From the NCBI GenBank assembly GCA_039714075.1, contig JBDLKA010000087.1, forward strand, positions 1-14,790: DNA of 14,790 nt. The letters run 5' to 3'. The notes under the pieces are model-generated. The model ran no database searches. It saw only the letters and a list, made by a program, of their open reading frames with translations, and was not told the origin of the DNA. Source of the DNA: Candidatus Krumholzibacteriota bacterium (GTDB lineage: Bacteria > Krumholzibacteriota > Krumholzibacteriia > LZORAL124-64-63). This document shows, piece by piece, positions 1-9,541 of this stretch (positions are counted from its first letter, which is position 1; every line of letters begins with the position of its first letter). The position numbers were made by a program, and so were the translations under genes.

Positions 1-1
1 C

Positions 2-211
2 AGTTTCAAGGGCCTGTTCGGCAAGACCGAAAACGTGGTCACCGACGGCGTGGTCCGCGAGATCACGGTGGACGAGGAGTACATCCGCAAGTCGATCCTC
101 GAACCGAACGCGGACCTGGTCGAGGGCTACCAGGCTTTGATGCCGCCCCAACGGGACCTGTTGACGGACGAGGAGATCGAGGCCATCATCGAGGTCATCA
201 AGGAGCTGTAG
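2..211 (+). CDS. coxB: Cytochrome c oxidase subunit II (caa3 type), C-terminal cytochrome c domain; 5'-truncated by the window edge
   Basis: Frame-2 manual translation SFKGLFGKTENVVTDGVVREITVDEEYIRKSILEPNADLVEGYQALMPPQRDLLTDEEIEAIIEVIKEL* matches the 'D..YIR.SI..P...V.GY...MP' tail of caa3 subunit II. It lies directly upstream of heme O synthase. Confidence 0.8.
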   Translation, partial: SFKGLFGKTENVVTDGVVREITVDEEYIRKSILEPNADLVEGYQALMPPQRDLLTDEEIEAIIEVIKEL

Positions 212-240
212 GCTGAACTTGTGACCTCGAAAGCGGCCCC

Positions 241-1101
241 ATGAAACCCTGGCTGGAACTCCTGAAACTGCGCATCACGGTGGCCTCGACGGTGACCACC
301 TTCGTGGGCTACGCGATGGTGCGGGGAAGGGTCGATCTTCCCCTGGTTCCCGTCCTGGCCGGCATCCTGCTGCAGGCCTGCGGCGCGGCCGCGTTGAACC
401 AGGTCCAGGACGCCGCCGTTGACGCCCGCATGCCCCGCACCGCCGGGCGTCCCATCCCTTCGGGGCGCATATCCAGGACCACTGCTTTCATCTCCGCCAT
501 GTTCCTGCTCGCCGGCGGATCTGCACTATTGTGGACCGTGTCCGGCACCGCCGCGGTGCTGGGCCTGGCCGCGGCCGTGGTCTACAACGGTATCTACACG
601 CCGTTGAAACGCGTGACCCCGTTCGCCGCCCTGCCGGGATCGGTCATCGGCGCCCTGCCCCCGGTGGTGGGCTGGGTGGCCGCGGGCGGATATCTTGCCG
701 ATCCCACCATCCACCAGGTGGCCTTCTTCTTCTTCCTGTGGCAGATTCCCCACTTCTGGCTGCTGCTGCTGTTCTACGAAAAGGATTACGCCGACGGCGG
801 GATGCCTTCGCTATTCGATCGTTTCGACCGGCGGCAGATCGTCAGGTTGACCTTCCTGTGGATCGCCGCGGTCTGCGTGGCGGCGTTGATGTTGCCGCTG
901 GCCGCGCTGTTCGACCACACGCCGGCGGCCTGGGTGATCGCCGCGGCGGGGCTGCTGGTGGTGGTGCGGGCGCTGAGTCTGCTGAAGGTCGATACCGAAC
1001 AACTGGCGCCTTTCGTGCGCAGTTGCCGCATCCGCTTCATGGAGATCAACACCTTCGCCCTGCTGGTGTCGGTGGTGCTGGTGGTGGACTCGCTGGTCTA
1101 A
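241..1101 (+). CDS. ctaB: Protoheme IX farnesyltransferase (heme O synthase), UbiA family
   Basis: Motifs ELLKLRI, NQVQD..VDARMPRT..RPIPSGRI, YTPLKR, G..GA.PP..GW.A and FLWQIPHFW; multiple TM segments; cox operon context. Confidence 0.95.
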   Translation: MKPWLELLKLRITVASTVTTFVGYAMVRGRVDLPLVPVLAGILLQACGAAALNQVQDAAVDARMPRTAGRPIPSGRISRTTAFISAMFLLAGGSALLWTVSGTAAVLGLAAAVVYNGIYTPLKRVTPFAALPGSVIGALPPVVGWVAAGGYLADPTIHQVAFFFFLWQIPHFWLLLLFYEKDYADGGMPSLFDRFDRRQIVRLTFLWIAAVCVAALMLPLAALFDHTPAAWVIAAAGLLVVVRALSLLKVDTEQLAPFVRSCRIRFMEINTFALLVSVVLVVDSLV

Positions 1102-4100
1102 CGAACCAGGGTGATCTTTTTGACCTCGGCCAGATCTGCGGCCTCCATCCGCAGGAAATAAATTCCCGAGGAGACATCCCCGCCCGACCCGTTCTTTCCG
1201 TTCCAGTCCGCGGTGTAATAACCGGGTTCGTAAACCTGGTCGACGAGGCCCGACACCAGGCGCCCGGCCAGGTCGTACACCCTGATCTTCACCCGCTGGG
1301 ATTTTTCCACCGAAAAGGAAACGGTGGTGTGGGGATTGAAGGGGTTGGGATGGGCTCCCAGCAGGCGGGTGATGATGCGCGGGGCCTCGAAAAACACCTC
1401 TTCGGTGGCGATGACAACCCATTCCTCAGCGGATTCGAGGTGGAAGAGGGAATAGGTGACGGTTTCACCGCCGTGTTCGTCCGCCAACGGATCGGAGGCG
1501 GTGAAACACCCCTCGCCGTCCCGGGCGAAGGGGATTTCCCATTCGGACTCGCCCTTGGCGCCGGTCAGCCGGTAGACGTCCGGTCCACCGCCGGGTTCGG
1601 GATTCCAGGTGAAGGACACCTTGCCGTCGTCGCGTGTGAGGGCGAACCCGGAGAAATGAGCCGGGCCGCCGGTGTCGCACTGCCGTTGGAAAATGCTCAG
1701 GCCCAGGCCGCCATCGGTGATGAAAGCGTGGTCACCTTCCAGATCCATTCCGTAGATGGATTGCGGTGAGTCCACCCCACCGGCGATGAAGGGGGCGGAG
1801 GGATCGGAGACATCCACGATCAGCAGGCTGGAATAATCGGTGTCGTAACCATCGGCCACGTAGGCGAAGTTGCCGATGACCTCGACGTCATAGGCTCCGC
1901 CCTGGGTGGCGACCGTGCCCAGGTGCAGGGGAGACGACGGGTCGGTGACATCGAGGACGATCAGTCCTGCAGCCACATCCGCCACGTACGCGGTCGTGCC
2001 CTCGATGGCCACACCGTAGGCCATGCCCGGGGTGGCGACGGAGCCGATCAGTTGTGGGGCGGCCGGGTTGGCGATGTCGATGACCTGCAGTCCGGCTAGA
2101 TCGGCCACGAAGGCAAACGCGCCGCTAACGGCCAGGTCCCGGGCTTTTCCGGGGGTGGGCAGCGAGGCGGCGATGTAGGGCGCCCCGGGATCGGCGGCGT
2201 CGATCACGACAAGTCCCTCGAAGTCCGCCACGAAGACATGGCTTCCGGCGACCTCCACATCCAGCGCGTAGCCGGGCGTTTCCACCACGCCGGTCACCAC
2301 GGGCGCGGTGGGAACCGAAAAGTCGACGATTTCCAGCCCGGAGTAGCGGCCGGCCTTGGCGTCGGAGACCGCGTTCGATCCCTTCGGGAAAACCGCGGCG
2401 AGCAAGGATTTGTCCGCGACCTGGGAAAAGACAGCTTCCGCAACGTAGGCCCGGGTTCCGGAAACGGCGACCTCCATGGCGTGGCCGGCGGTTTCCACCC
2501 CGGCCCAAAGCTGGGGAAAGTCCGGCGAGGTGATGTCCACCACCTGAAGACCGAATTCCCTGTCGGCGACGAAGGCCAGGCTGCCGGCGACCGACACACC
2601 GTAGGCCGGACCCGGTGTGTCCAGGACACCCAGGGGCAAGGGGGACTCGGGTGACGAGGCGCGAGCCACAATCACGCCGGCTTCGCGGTCCGCCAGGAAG
2701 ACATGGTCCGCAGTCACCGCCACGCCGTGGGAGTGGGTGGGCGTGTCCACGGATCCGACCACCGCCGGAAAAGAGGGCAGGGTGAAGTCGACAATCTGGA
2801 GATCGCCGTATTCGAGGGCCACGAAGGCGTGGTCATCCCGGAAAACCAGGTCCTGGGCGTAGCCGTCCAGACGAAGGTTCCCGGAAAGGGAGCCTTTGGG
2901 ATGGGAGTCCTCGACCCTCAGCCAATCGATGGACAATCCAACGGGAGGTGCATCGATGCCGCGTGATCCGATGAGGTTGCCCAAGGTATCAGCGGAAAAA
3001 CAGGACGAGGCGAAGTTGTCGGCCTGAGAGTCGGAGTAACTACCGAATTGATCGAACCAGCTGACCAGGATATCCCGCCCCTGATCATCCCAGTCGATTC
3101 TCACGGTGTACCAAATATCGGCTTCCCAGGCGTCAAGGCTGGTTCGGAGATCCACAGGCGGGCCTGCTTGCGGATCGTCCTGCGAGAGCACCATCGTTCC
3201 ATCGACCGGATCGAGTCCCACCCTGAAGTCGCCGGCGTTGTTCCCCGGTCGGTCGCTGGTGATGATATCCACGGAATTGGAGAAGTCCGGATCAGGGCCG
3301 AACGGGGCGTCCAGTTTGAATTTGAACGAAATCCTGCCGATGAAGATTTCCTCCAAGGGTGGGGCATATTCTGCATGGCCGGAACTGTCGTTTGTGAACA
3401 GCCCCTGGATGATTATTTCATTCTCTTCAACGATTTCCACGATTTCCACATATTGGGCGCTGCCCACCAGGGTGGCCGGATGCCCGCCAGTCAGGTCGTT
3501 GCCATTGCCGGAGAACAGCCAATAGGCTTCGGAAAAATATTTGGGGGCCATTGAGAGGACCGTCAATCCCTGGCTTCCGTCGGCGACATACAGTAGTTCA
3601 TTCTTGTAGATTACGTTTTTCGCGCTTCCCGGGGTGCTGGTGACATCCACAACCTCCGCAGCCGCCAGGTCTCCCGTGTGGATGATCTGGACGCCGGGGG
3701 TGCCGCCGGCCACGAAGGCATAGGGACGGGATTTCCAGATGCCATGGGTGACGCCATGGGGGGTTCCCGAAGTAGCCACCGAATCCAATAGCAGGGGCGC
3801 GGCGGGGTCGGCGACGTCGAAGATCAGCAGACCGAAATCCTGGACCGCGACATAGGCAAGGTCATCCTGGACAAAAACACCGGAAGCGAAACCCGAGGTG
3901 CCGGCGAAGCCCAGGACGAAGGCGGACCCGGGATCGGTGATGTCGACGATCTGCAGGCCCGAATCTCCGGCCGCCACGAAGGCCTGGTTTCCGCTGATGA
4001 CCACATCCCTGGCGTCGGCCGCGGAACTGACCGTGTGCACCGTCACCGGATTTTCGAGGTCGACCACATTGATGACCTGCAGACCGGCCGCTCCGTCGGC

Positions 4101-4283
4101 GACATACAGATGATCGCCTTTGGACACCACCGCCAATGCGGTCCCCGCAGTGTCGCTCGAAGTGAGCCAATGCGGGAGAGTGGAATAGTCCGTACAGGTC
4201 TGAGCGGGCGCGCCGGAGAAAAAACCCACCACACATATGACCAGGAAGACACCAAAAGATTTGCCGGACAACGGGATATTCAT
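1098..4283 (-). CDS. Large secreted LVIVD-repeat beta-propeller protein with an inserted LamG/ConA-like domain and a C-terminal FlgD-Ig/T9SS-like sorting domain
   Basis: N-terminal signal peptide; many ~42-aa repeats of the form (TPG.A..V.V.G..AYVAD...GL.IVDVSDP..P...G); C-terminal HPNPFNP...IRVYDLAGRLV...WNG...SSGIYFLRM; G-rich SD just upstream of the ATG at 4283. Confidence 0.85.
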   Translation of the reverse strand: MNIPLSGKSFGVFLVICVVGFFSGAPAQTCTDYSTLPHWLTSSDTAGTALAVVSKGDHLYVADGAAGLQVINVVDLENPVTVHTVSSAADARDVVISGNQAFVAAGDSGLQIVDITDPGSAFVLGFAGTSGFASGVFVQDDLAYVAVQDFGLLIFDVADPAAPLLLDSVATSGTPHGVTHGIWKSRPYAFVAGGTPGVQIIHTGDLAAAEVVDVTSTPGSAKNVIYKNELLYVADGSQGLTVLSMAPKYFSEAYWLFSGNGNDLTGGHPATLVGSAQYVEIVEIVEENEIIIQGLFTNDSSGHAEYAPPLEEIFIGRISFKFKLDAPFGPDPDFSNSVDIITSDRPGNNAGDFRVGLDPVDGTMVLSQDDPQAGPPVDLRTSLDAWEADIWYTVRIDWDDQGRDILVSWFDQFGSYSDSQADNFASSCFSADTLGNLIGSRGIDAPPVGLSIDWLRVEDSHPKGSLSGNLRLDGYAQDLVFRDDHAFVALEYGDLQIVDFTLPSFPAVVGSVDTPTHSHGVAVTADHVFLADREAGVIVARASSPESPLPLGVLDTPGPAYGVSVAGSLAFVADREFGLQVVDITSPDFPQLWAGVETAGHAMEVAVSGTRAYVAEAVFSQVADKSLLAAVFPKGSNAVSDAKAGRYSGLEIVDFSVPTAPVVTGVVETPGYALDVEVAGSHVFVADFEGLVVIDAADPGAPYIAASLPTPGKARDLAVSGAFAFVADLAGLQVIDIANPAAPQLIGSVATPGMAYGVAIEGTTAYVADVAAGLIVLDVTDPSSPLHLGTVATQGGAYDVEVIGNFAYVADGYDTDYSSLLIVDVSDPSAPFIAGGVDSPQSIYGMDLEGDHAFITDGGLGLSIFQRQCDTGGPAHFSGFALTRDDGKVSFTWNPEPGGGPDVYRLTGAKGESEWEIPFARDGEGCFTASDPLADEHGGETVTYSLFHLESAEEWVVIATEEVFFEAPRIITRLLGAHPNPFNPHTTVSFSVEKSQRVKIRVYDLAGRLVSGLVDQVYEPGYYTADWNGKNGSGGDVSSGIYFLRMEAADLAEVKKITLVR

Positions 4284-4360
4284 TTTCCCCCCTATACAAG
4301 ATACCAGTACAGAATCTGAAAAAACCTTGTCGACAATCTAGCACCAGAGGGGAAAAACCG

Positions 4361-5530
4361 TCAACCGGCCCACCGCGTAACGATGTACCGCCGCGCAGGC
4401 ACTTCCACCACCCGGTAGAAGAAGACGCAGACCAGGGTTGTCAGCACCACCAGCACGGGCAGGCGGGCTTGGCCCAGGCGGTCGGTGAACCGCATCAGGG
4501 GGTCCATCATCACGGTGAGCTGGATCAGGTAGAAGCCGTAGGAAACCTTGCCCAGATAGACGGGCAGGCCGTGGCCCAGCAGGCGGTGCAGCCAGCCGCC
4601 GGTGACCGAAAGCGCAAGGATCAGCAGGCCCGAGAAGAAAGCCAACCCGTAGCTGCAGACGTATGTGCCCGCCTGGACGAGGGTGCCGGTTTGCCCGTCG
4701 AGAAGATCCTTGCCCAGCATGCACAGAACGATGCCCGCGCCCGCACCCAGGGCCGCCGCGGTGCCCCGCCATTCGCGGAGGATCCGTTCGAGATCCAGTC
4801 CCCGGTGGACAAATGCCGCGGCCATGCCGAGGGCGAATTCCAGAAAGCGTCCGAAGATGGTGCTGTGATTCATGTGGAAGTTCGAGTCCATGAATCCCCG
4901 CCAGCCCCAGCCCTGGGTCTGGACGATCTTAACGATCAGCAGACCCGCCGCCATGACGGCGGCGGACAAGGCCAAAAGGATCATCCCGATTTTAAGAAAT
5001 CTCAGCAGGCGCAAGGGCTGGGACGGCGCGCCGGCGTCACCCAGGAAGCGGGCCAGCACGGCAAAGGAAAGCGGGGCGAGCAGGTAGAAACATTCCTCCA
5101 CCGTCAGCGACCAGGCCACCGGCAACCCTTCATACACCAGGCCGGAGAAGAAACTCTGGGTCATGGTCATGGTCACCAGGAAGTCCCGGCTCCAGGCGGC
5201 TCCCTGGGCCAGCAGGGTGGTGTGCTGGATCAATGCGAAAACCAGGAACAGGGGCCAGATGCGGGCAACCCTCTTGACGAAGTAGCGCCGCATGGGGACC
5301 CGGCCGGTGCCCAGGGTGTCGTAGTAGATGCGGGTGATGAGAAACCCGGACAGGACGAAGAACACCGAAACGCCCACATCGCCCTGGCGCCACAGGAACA
5401 TGAAGGGGATCCACTCGCCGGCGAATTCGATGCCCCGGTTGGCCGGGCTGTAGGCATCGGCATAGTGGAACATGAAAACCAGGAAGGCCGCGATGGCGCG
5501 CAGTGATGTCAGGGGGCGAATTTCCTTCAT
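4361..5530 (-). CDS. Acyltransferase family 3 (OafA/YrhL-like membrane O-acyltransferase)
   Basis: Motifs LTSLRAIAAFLVFMFH, GVSVFFVLSGFLI, YFVKRVARIWP, WSLTVEECFYL and YLGKVSYGFYL. Start reassigned to MKEIRP (5530) because family homology begins there. Confidence 0.9.
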   Translation of the reverse strand: MKEIRPLTSLRAIAAFLVFMFHYADAYSPANRGIEFAGEWIPFMFLWRQGDVGVSVFFVLSGFLITRIYYDTLGTGRVPMRRYFVKRVARIWPLFLVFALIQHTTLLAQGAAWSRDFLVTMTMTQSFFSGLVYEGLPVAWSLTVEECFYLLAPLSFAVLARFLGDAGAPSQPLRLLRFLKIGMILLALSAAVMAAGLLIVKIVQTQGWGWRGFMDSNFHMNHSTIFGRFLEFALGMAAAFVHRGLDLERILREWRGTAAALGAGAGIVLCMLGKDLLDGQTGTLVQAGTYVCSYGLAFFSGLLILALSVTGGWLHRLLGHGLPVYLGKVSYGFYLIQLTVMMDPLMRFTDRLGQARLPVLVVLTTLVCVFFYRVVEVPARRYIVTRWAG

Positions 5531-5615
5531 GCCGATCCCAAGGAAGCAGAAATAATGGCAGGGGCGGGAAAAATCCCGCAGGATCCAACCCGAGGCCGCT
5601 GAATGAATTGGCCGA

Positions 5616-5645
5616 ATTATACCATGATAAGGCCCCGCACCCCAA
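5616..5645 (-). promoter_or_regulatory. Candidate extended -10 sigma70 promoter for the acyltransferase
   Basis: The minus strand reads TG-g-TATAAT (5624-5616), about 85 nt upstream of the ATG at 5530. The -35 is weak (TTGGGG). Confidence 0.55.
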
Positions 5646-5666
5646 ATGCCAGCGGTATTGCCGGAT

Positions 5667-5696
5667 TTGACCAAACCGGTAGGTAAGTGGTAAAAT
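5667..5696 (+). promoter_or_regulatory. Candidate sigma70 promoter for the GH32-like/sulfatase genes
   Basis: TTGACC (5667-5672), 18 nt spacer, TAAAAT (5691-5696) with a TG extension; divergent from the minus-strand promoter. Confidence 0.55.
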
Positions 5697-5739
5697 TATC
5701 ATCCTTTTTGAAGCGTGATGGCACCGAGAGGTCGACTCC

Positions 5740-7818
5740 TTGCTCCTTTCGCCCGGGCAGTTGTGTGTATTTTTTTCCAGGTCCCGACGGGCGGCCGGCC
5801 TGCTGGCCGTCTGCCTGCTGGCGGCCATGACGGTCGCTGTTCCCGCAGGCGCCCTGGTCCGCCTGGATTTCGAACAGAGATACTTCGTCCATCCGGGCGT
5901 GCAGACCTGGGACTTCAGCCTGGTGAGGGACCAGGGGGTCTACCACATATTCTACACGGCCGTATTCGAGTCCAACTCCCACGCCAGCAATGCCGATTCC
6001 CTGCGCCACGCCACCAGCACCGATCTGAAACTCTGGACCCTGGAAGAGCCGGTTCTGGCGGTCGGCCAGGGCCCGTGGGACAGCGGGGCCCTGTGGGCGC
6101 CGGACGTTTTCCGCGACGAGGCCAACAACCGCTGGGCCATGGCCTACACCGGCTGCGACAACCAGCTGAACCAGCGCACCTGCATGGCCTTTTCCGATGA
6201 TCTGTTCACCTGGACAAAGTCCGCGGCCAACCCGGTCGTCGTTCCGGACACCAACCAATATGTCTGGGACCCGAACGGCAGCTGGAGCGATTTCCGGGAT
6301 CCGTTCATCTACCGGCAGGACAACCAGTGGCACATGCTGGTGACGGCCAAGAAGTGGCTGGGCGTCAATACGGGTGTCCTGTTCCACGGCACCTCGACCG
6401 ACCTGGAGAACTGGCAGGACGTGGGTTACCTGTTCGACAACGACGGCTTTGACAAGTGGCGCGTGCTGGAAAGTTCCCAATACCATGTCTTCGGGGACTA
6501 TCACCACCTGCTGTTCGGGGAGTTCGATACACCCGGCGTCACGTTGATCACCAACGACAATCCCGCCGACTGGACCATGGCCGAGCGGATCCTGCTGGAC
6601 TACGGGTACGCGCCCGAAATCAACGAGTTCGATCCCGGACACCGCATCTTTTCCCGCCTGGCTCCCTATTACAGACCCGACGGAGTGAACCTGTCCTACG
6701 TGGTGCGGCTGGACACGCTGTTGACGGAACTGGACGGATCGCAACTGGTGGTCCACAAACCCCATCCCCTGGACGATGACTGGGCCGTCCACACCGGAAC
6801 CGCCAACCTGGGCAATCCGGTGTTCGGGGACAACCCCGTCTGGCGGGGCGAACCCTCGGTGGGATTGGTGGGGAACAGCTACTACAGCAGCAAGGAATAC
6901 TACAACGGCCCCTTGTCCGGGCGCGGCGGTCCCGGGACCCAGCTCGGCGACGGGGTGACCGGAATCCTGGAAAGCCATCCCTTCGTGGTGACCGGCCACC
7001 GGATGTCCCTGCTGGTGGGCGGGGGAAACTTCCCGGCCACCTGTTACGTCGCCCTGGTCAGCACGGCCGATTCGACGGTCCTCTACTCCGAAACAGGCCA
7101 GGACAGCAATCTGATGTCCCTGCGGGAGTGGGACCTGGTTCCCCATCAGGGGCTGGAGTGCGTCATCCGCATCGTCGATACCGAAGCCAGCCCCATGGGC
7201 CATATCAACGTGGATGAGATCGTGGAATACGAGGATTTCGATCCGCCCGCTTCACCCACCACGGTGGTGGCCGCCTACCGGGCCGAGGGCGTCGATCTGG
7301 ACTGGGACGACGCTCCGGAAACCGATTTCCAATCCCACCGGATCTACCGTTCGGCTGATCCGGATTTCGTACCCGCGGCGGGCAATCTGCTGGAGGAGAT
7401 TGCGGTTTCCGCCTGGACCGATTCCACCAGCAACCCCTGGGACTATTACTACAAAATCACCACGGTCGATCTGGTGGGGAACGAAAGCCCACCCGGAGTC
7501 CCTTCCGGGGTGTCCGGAGCCCCTCTGCCCGATTTGCCCGCCGGCATCCGCCTGGCCGAAGCGGTGCCCAACCCCTTCAACCCCTCGACCCGGCTCGGTT
7601 TCGAGATCGCCGAAGCGGGACCTGTCCGCCTACGAATTTTTGATCCGGCCGGGCGTCTGGTGGCCGTCCTGGTGGACGAATCCCTGGCCGCCGGAACGCA
7701 TGAAGCGGTCTGGAACGGCCGGGATTCCCGGGGCCGGATGGCGTCGGCCGGGGTTTACCTTTATCAATTGGAAGCCGGGGGTTCGGCAACCACCCGGAGA
7801 ATGACGCTGATCAAATAA
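5740..7818 (+). CDS. Secreted GH32-like (clan GH-J) five-bladed beta-propeller glycoside hydrolase with accessory beta-sandwich, FN3-like and C-terminal FlgD-Ig/T9SS-like domains
   Basis: Signal peptide; WDF....YHIFY, LWAPDV, FRDPF and LESS acidic motifs in GH32 order; YYYKITTVDLVGNES FN3-like end; PNPFNP...IFDPAGRLV...WNGRD...AGVYLY C-terminal domain. Start codon uncertain (TTG at 5740 follows GAGAGG). Confidence 0.7.
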   Translation: MLLSPGQLCVFFSRSRRAAGLLAVCLLAAMTVAVPAGALVRLDFEQRYFVHPGVQTWDFSLVRDQGVYHIFYTAVFESNSHASNADSLRHATSTDLKLWTLEEPVLAVGQGPWDSGALWAPDVFRDEANNRWAMAYTGCDNQLNQRTCMAFSDDLFTWTKSAANPVVVPDTNQYVWDPNGSWSDFRDPFIYRQDNQWHMLVTAKKWLGVNTGVLFHGTSTDLENWQDVGYLFDNDGFDKWRVLESSQYHVFGDYHHLLFGEFDTPGVTLITNDNPADWTMAERILLDYGYAPEINEFDPGHRIFSRLAPYYRPDGVNLSYVVRLDTLLTELDGSQLVVHKPHPLDDDWAVHTGTANLGNPVFGDNPVWRGEPSVGLVGNSYYSSKEYYNGPLSGRGGPGTQLGDGVTGILESHPFVVTGHRMSLLVGGGNFPATCYVALVSTADSTVLYSETGQDSNLMSLREWDLVPHQGLECVIRIVDTEASPMGHINVDEIVEYEDFDPPASPTTVVAAYRAEGVDLDWDDAPETDFQSHRIYRSADPDFVPAAGNLLEEIAVSAWTDSTSNPWDYYYKITTVDLVGNESPPGVPSGVSGAPLPDLPAGIRLAEAVPNPFNPSTRLGFEIAEAGPVRLRIFDPAGRLVAVLVDESLAAGTHEAVWNGRDSRGRMASAGVYLYQLEAGGSATTRRMTLIK

Positions 7819-7858
7819 TCCGCTTCGGTCGAGTAATCCCAACACATTGGAGATGGAA

Positions 7859-9487
7859 ATGGCGGGCAATCCCAGATGGTGCGTGGCCGTCCTGTTGCTG
7901 TTCGCGGTCGGCCGGGTCCCGGACCCGGCCAGGGCAGATGCAGCGGCCGACGACCGTCCCAACATTTTGCTGATCATCGCCGATGATCTGGGCTACGCCG
8001 ACCTGGGTGTCCACGGCAGCGACATCCGCACGCCGAATATCGACACGCTGGCCGGAGAAGGAATGCTGTGCACGCAGTTCCACACCGCGCCCATGTGCGC
8101 CCCGACCCGCGCCATGATGCTGAGCGGCAACAACAACCACGTGGCAGGCATGGGACGGCAGGGGCCCAAGCGCATTCTGCGGGAAAACCTTCCCGGGTAT
8201 GAAGGCCACCTGTCGGACCGGATCGCGCCCCTGCCGCGTCTGCTGGCCGCAGCAGGCTACCACACCTACAGCGTGGGCAAGTGGCACCTGGGCATGGCCC
8301 TGGAGCACGGCCCGAAGGCCGTCGGGTTCGAGCGTTCGTTCAACCTGATCGACGGCGCGGCCAACCATTTCGATTCGGTCGGATTCTTCGCGGGCGGATC
8401 GACCTTTCGCGCCGACGGCAAGGACATCGACTTCCCCGCAGGCGGGTACTCGACCGAGGTCTATACCGACCAGCTCATCGGGTTCATCGGGGCGGGCGCC
8501 GGAGACGGGCGGCCGTTCTTCGCCTATGCCTCGTACACCTCGCCGCACTGGCCCCTGCAGGTGCCCGACGAATACCTGGATCTGTACCGGGGCCGGTACG
8601 ACGCGGGCTACGACGCCTTGCGGGAAGATCGTTTCGCCTCGCTGAAGAAAGCCGGCATCATTCCCGCTTCTTCCAGCCTGCCGCCGCGGAACGAAGCGAT
8701 CACGCCGTGGGACGAACTGGATCTCGAACAGAAACGCCGCGAGGCACGGAAGATGGAACTGTACGCCGCGATGGTGGAAAACCTGGACCATCACGTCGGC
8801 CGGCTGATCGGGTATCTGAAGGAGAACGGGCTCTACGACAACACACTGATTGTTTTCATGTCCGACAACGGTCCCGCGGGCGAGGATTTCTACAACCGAA
8901 GCAGTTACCGGGAATACATCCGCGCGCATTACGACAACGCCTACGAGAACATGGGCAGGGCGACGTCCTGGGTTTCGTACGGGGAGCCCTGGGCGGAAGC
9001 GGGTTCGCCGGCCTTCAGCAGGTTCAAAAGATACACGCGGGAAGGGGGGATAAGGGCGCCGTTCATCGTGGCCGGCCCGCGGGTCAGCGCGCACGGGGTC
9101 ATAGACGACACCTATTTTACCGTGATGGATCTGGCCCCGACCTTCCTGGAACTGGCGGAGGCCAGGTATCCCGACGACGGCTCGGTGCGCCCCATGCTCG
9201 GGGAAAGCCTGCTGCCGCTGCTGGCGGACGGGGCCCCGGTGCATGATGAAGACTACGTCACGGTTCTGTACCACGGCGGCCGGGCGCTGGTCCGTCAGGG
9301 TCGCTGGAAGCTGGTCAACCTCGACCCACCCTTTGACGAGTCAGCGTTCGAATTGTTCGATCTGGAAACCGATCCCGGCGAAACGGTGAACCTGGCGGAG
9401 GCGGAACCGGAAAAGCGGGCCGAACTGCTCGCACTGTGGCGGGCGGAGCGGAAAAGGCTGGGGATCGTCCTGCCGGGAGATCTCTAG
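7859..9487 (+). CDS. Arylsulfatase (Cys-type formylglycine-dependent S1 sulfatase, AtsA-like)
   Basis: RPNILLIIADDLGYADLG, CAPTRAMMLSG (CxPxR), GKWHLG, PHWPLQ and SDNG motifs; signal peptide. ATG at 7859 chosen for its GGAG SD; 7853 is an alternative. Confidence 0.93.
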   Translation: MAGNPRWCVAVLLLFAVGRVPDPARADAAADDRPNILLIIADDLGYADLGVHGSDIRTPNIDTLAGEGMLCTQFHTAPMCAPTRAMMLSGNNNHVAGMGRQGPKRILRENLPGYEGHLSDRIAPLPRLLAAAGYHTYSVGKWHLGMALEHGPKAVGFERSFNLIDGAANHFDSVGFFAGGSTFRADGKDIDFPAGGYSTEVYTDQLIGFIGAGAGDGRPFFAYASYTSPHWPLQVPDEYLDLYRGRYDAGYDALREDRFASLKKAGIIPASSSLPPRNEAITPWDELDLEQKRREARKMELYAAMVENLDHHVGRLIGYLKENGLYDNTLIVFMSDNGPAGEDFYNRSSYREYIRAHYDNAYENMGRATSWVSYGEPWAEAGSPAFSRFKRYTREGGIRAPFIVAGPRVSAHGVIDDTYFTVMDLAPTFLELAEARYPDDGSVRPMLGESLLPLLADGAPVHDEDYVTVLYHGGRALVRQGRWKLVNLDPPFDESAFELFDLETDPGETVNLAEAEPEKRAELLALWRAERKRLGIVLPGDL

Positions 9488-9541
9488 GCACGGAATGTGC
9501 CAAGTGGTGTCCGAGTCCACCTTCCGGATAGGAATCGAACC

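Noticed and set aside
4327..4336. Perfect palindrome TTGTCGACAA upstream of the LVIVD gene
   Set aside because: A single 10-bp occurrence with no second copy or recognisable regulator motif; not enough support to call an operator.
5531..5674. N-terminal extension of the acyltransferase ORF to 5674
   Set aside because: The extension runs across the divergent promoter region, and family homology starts at MKEIRP (5530).
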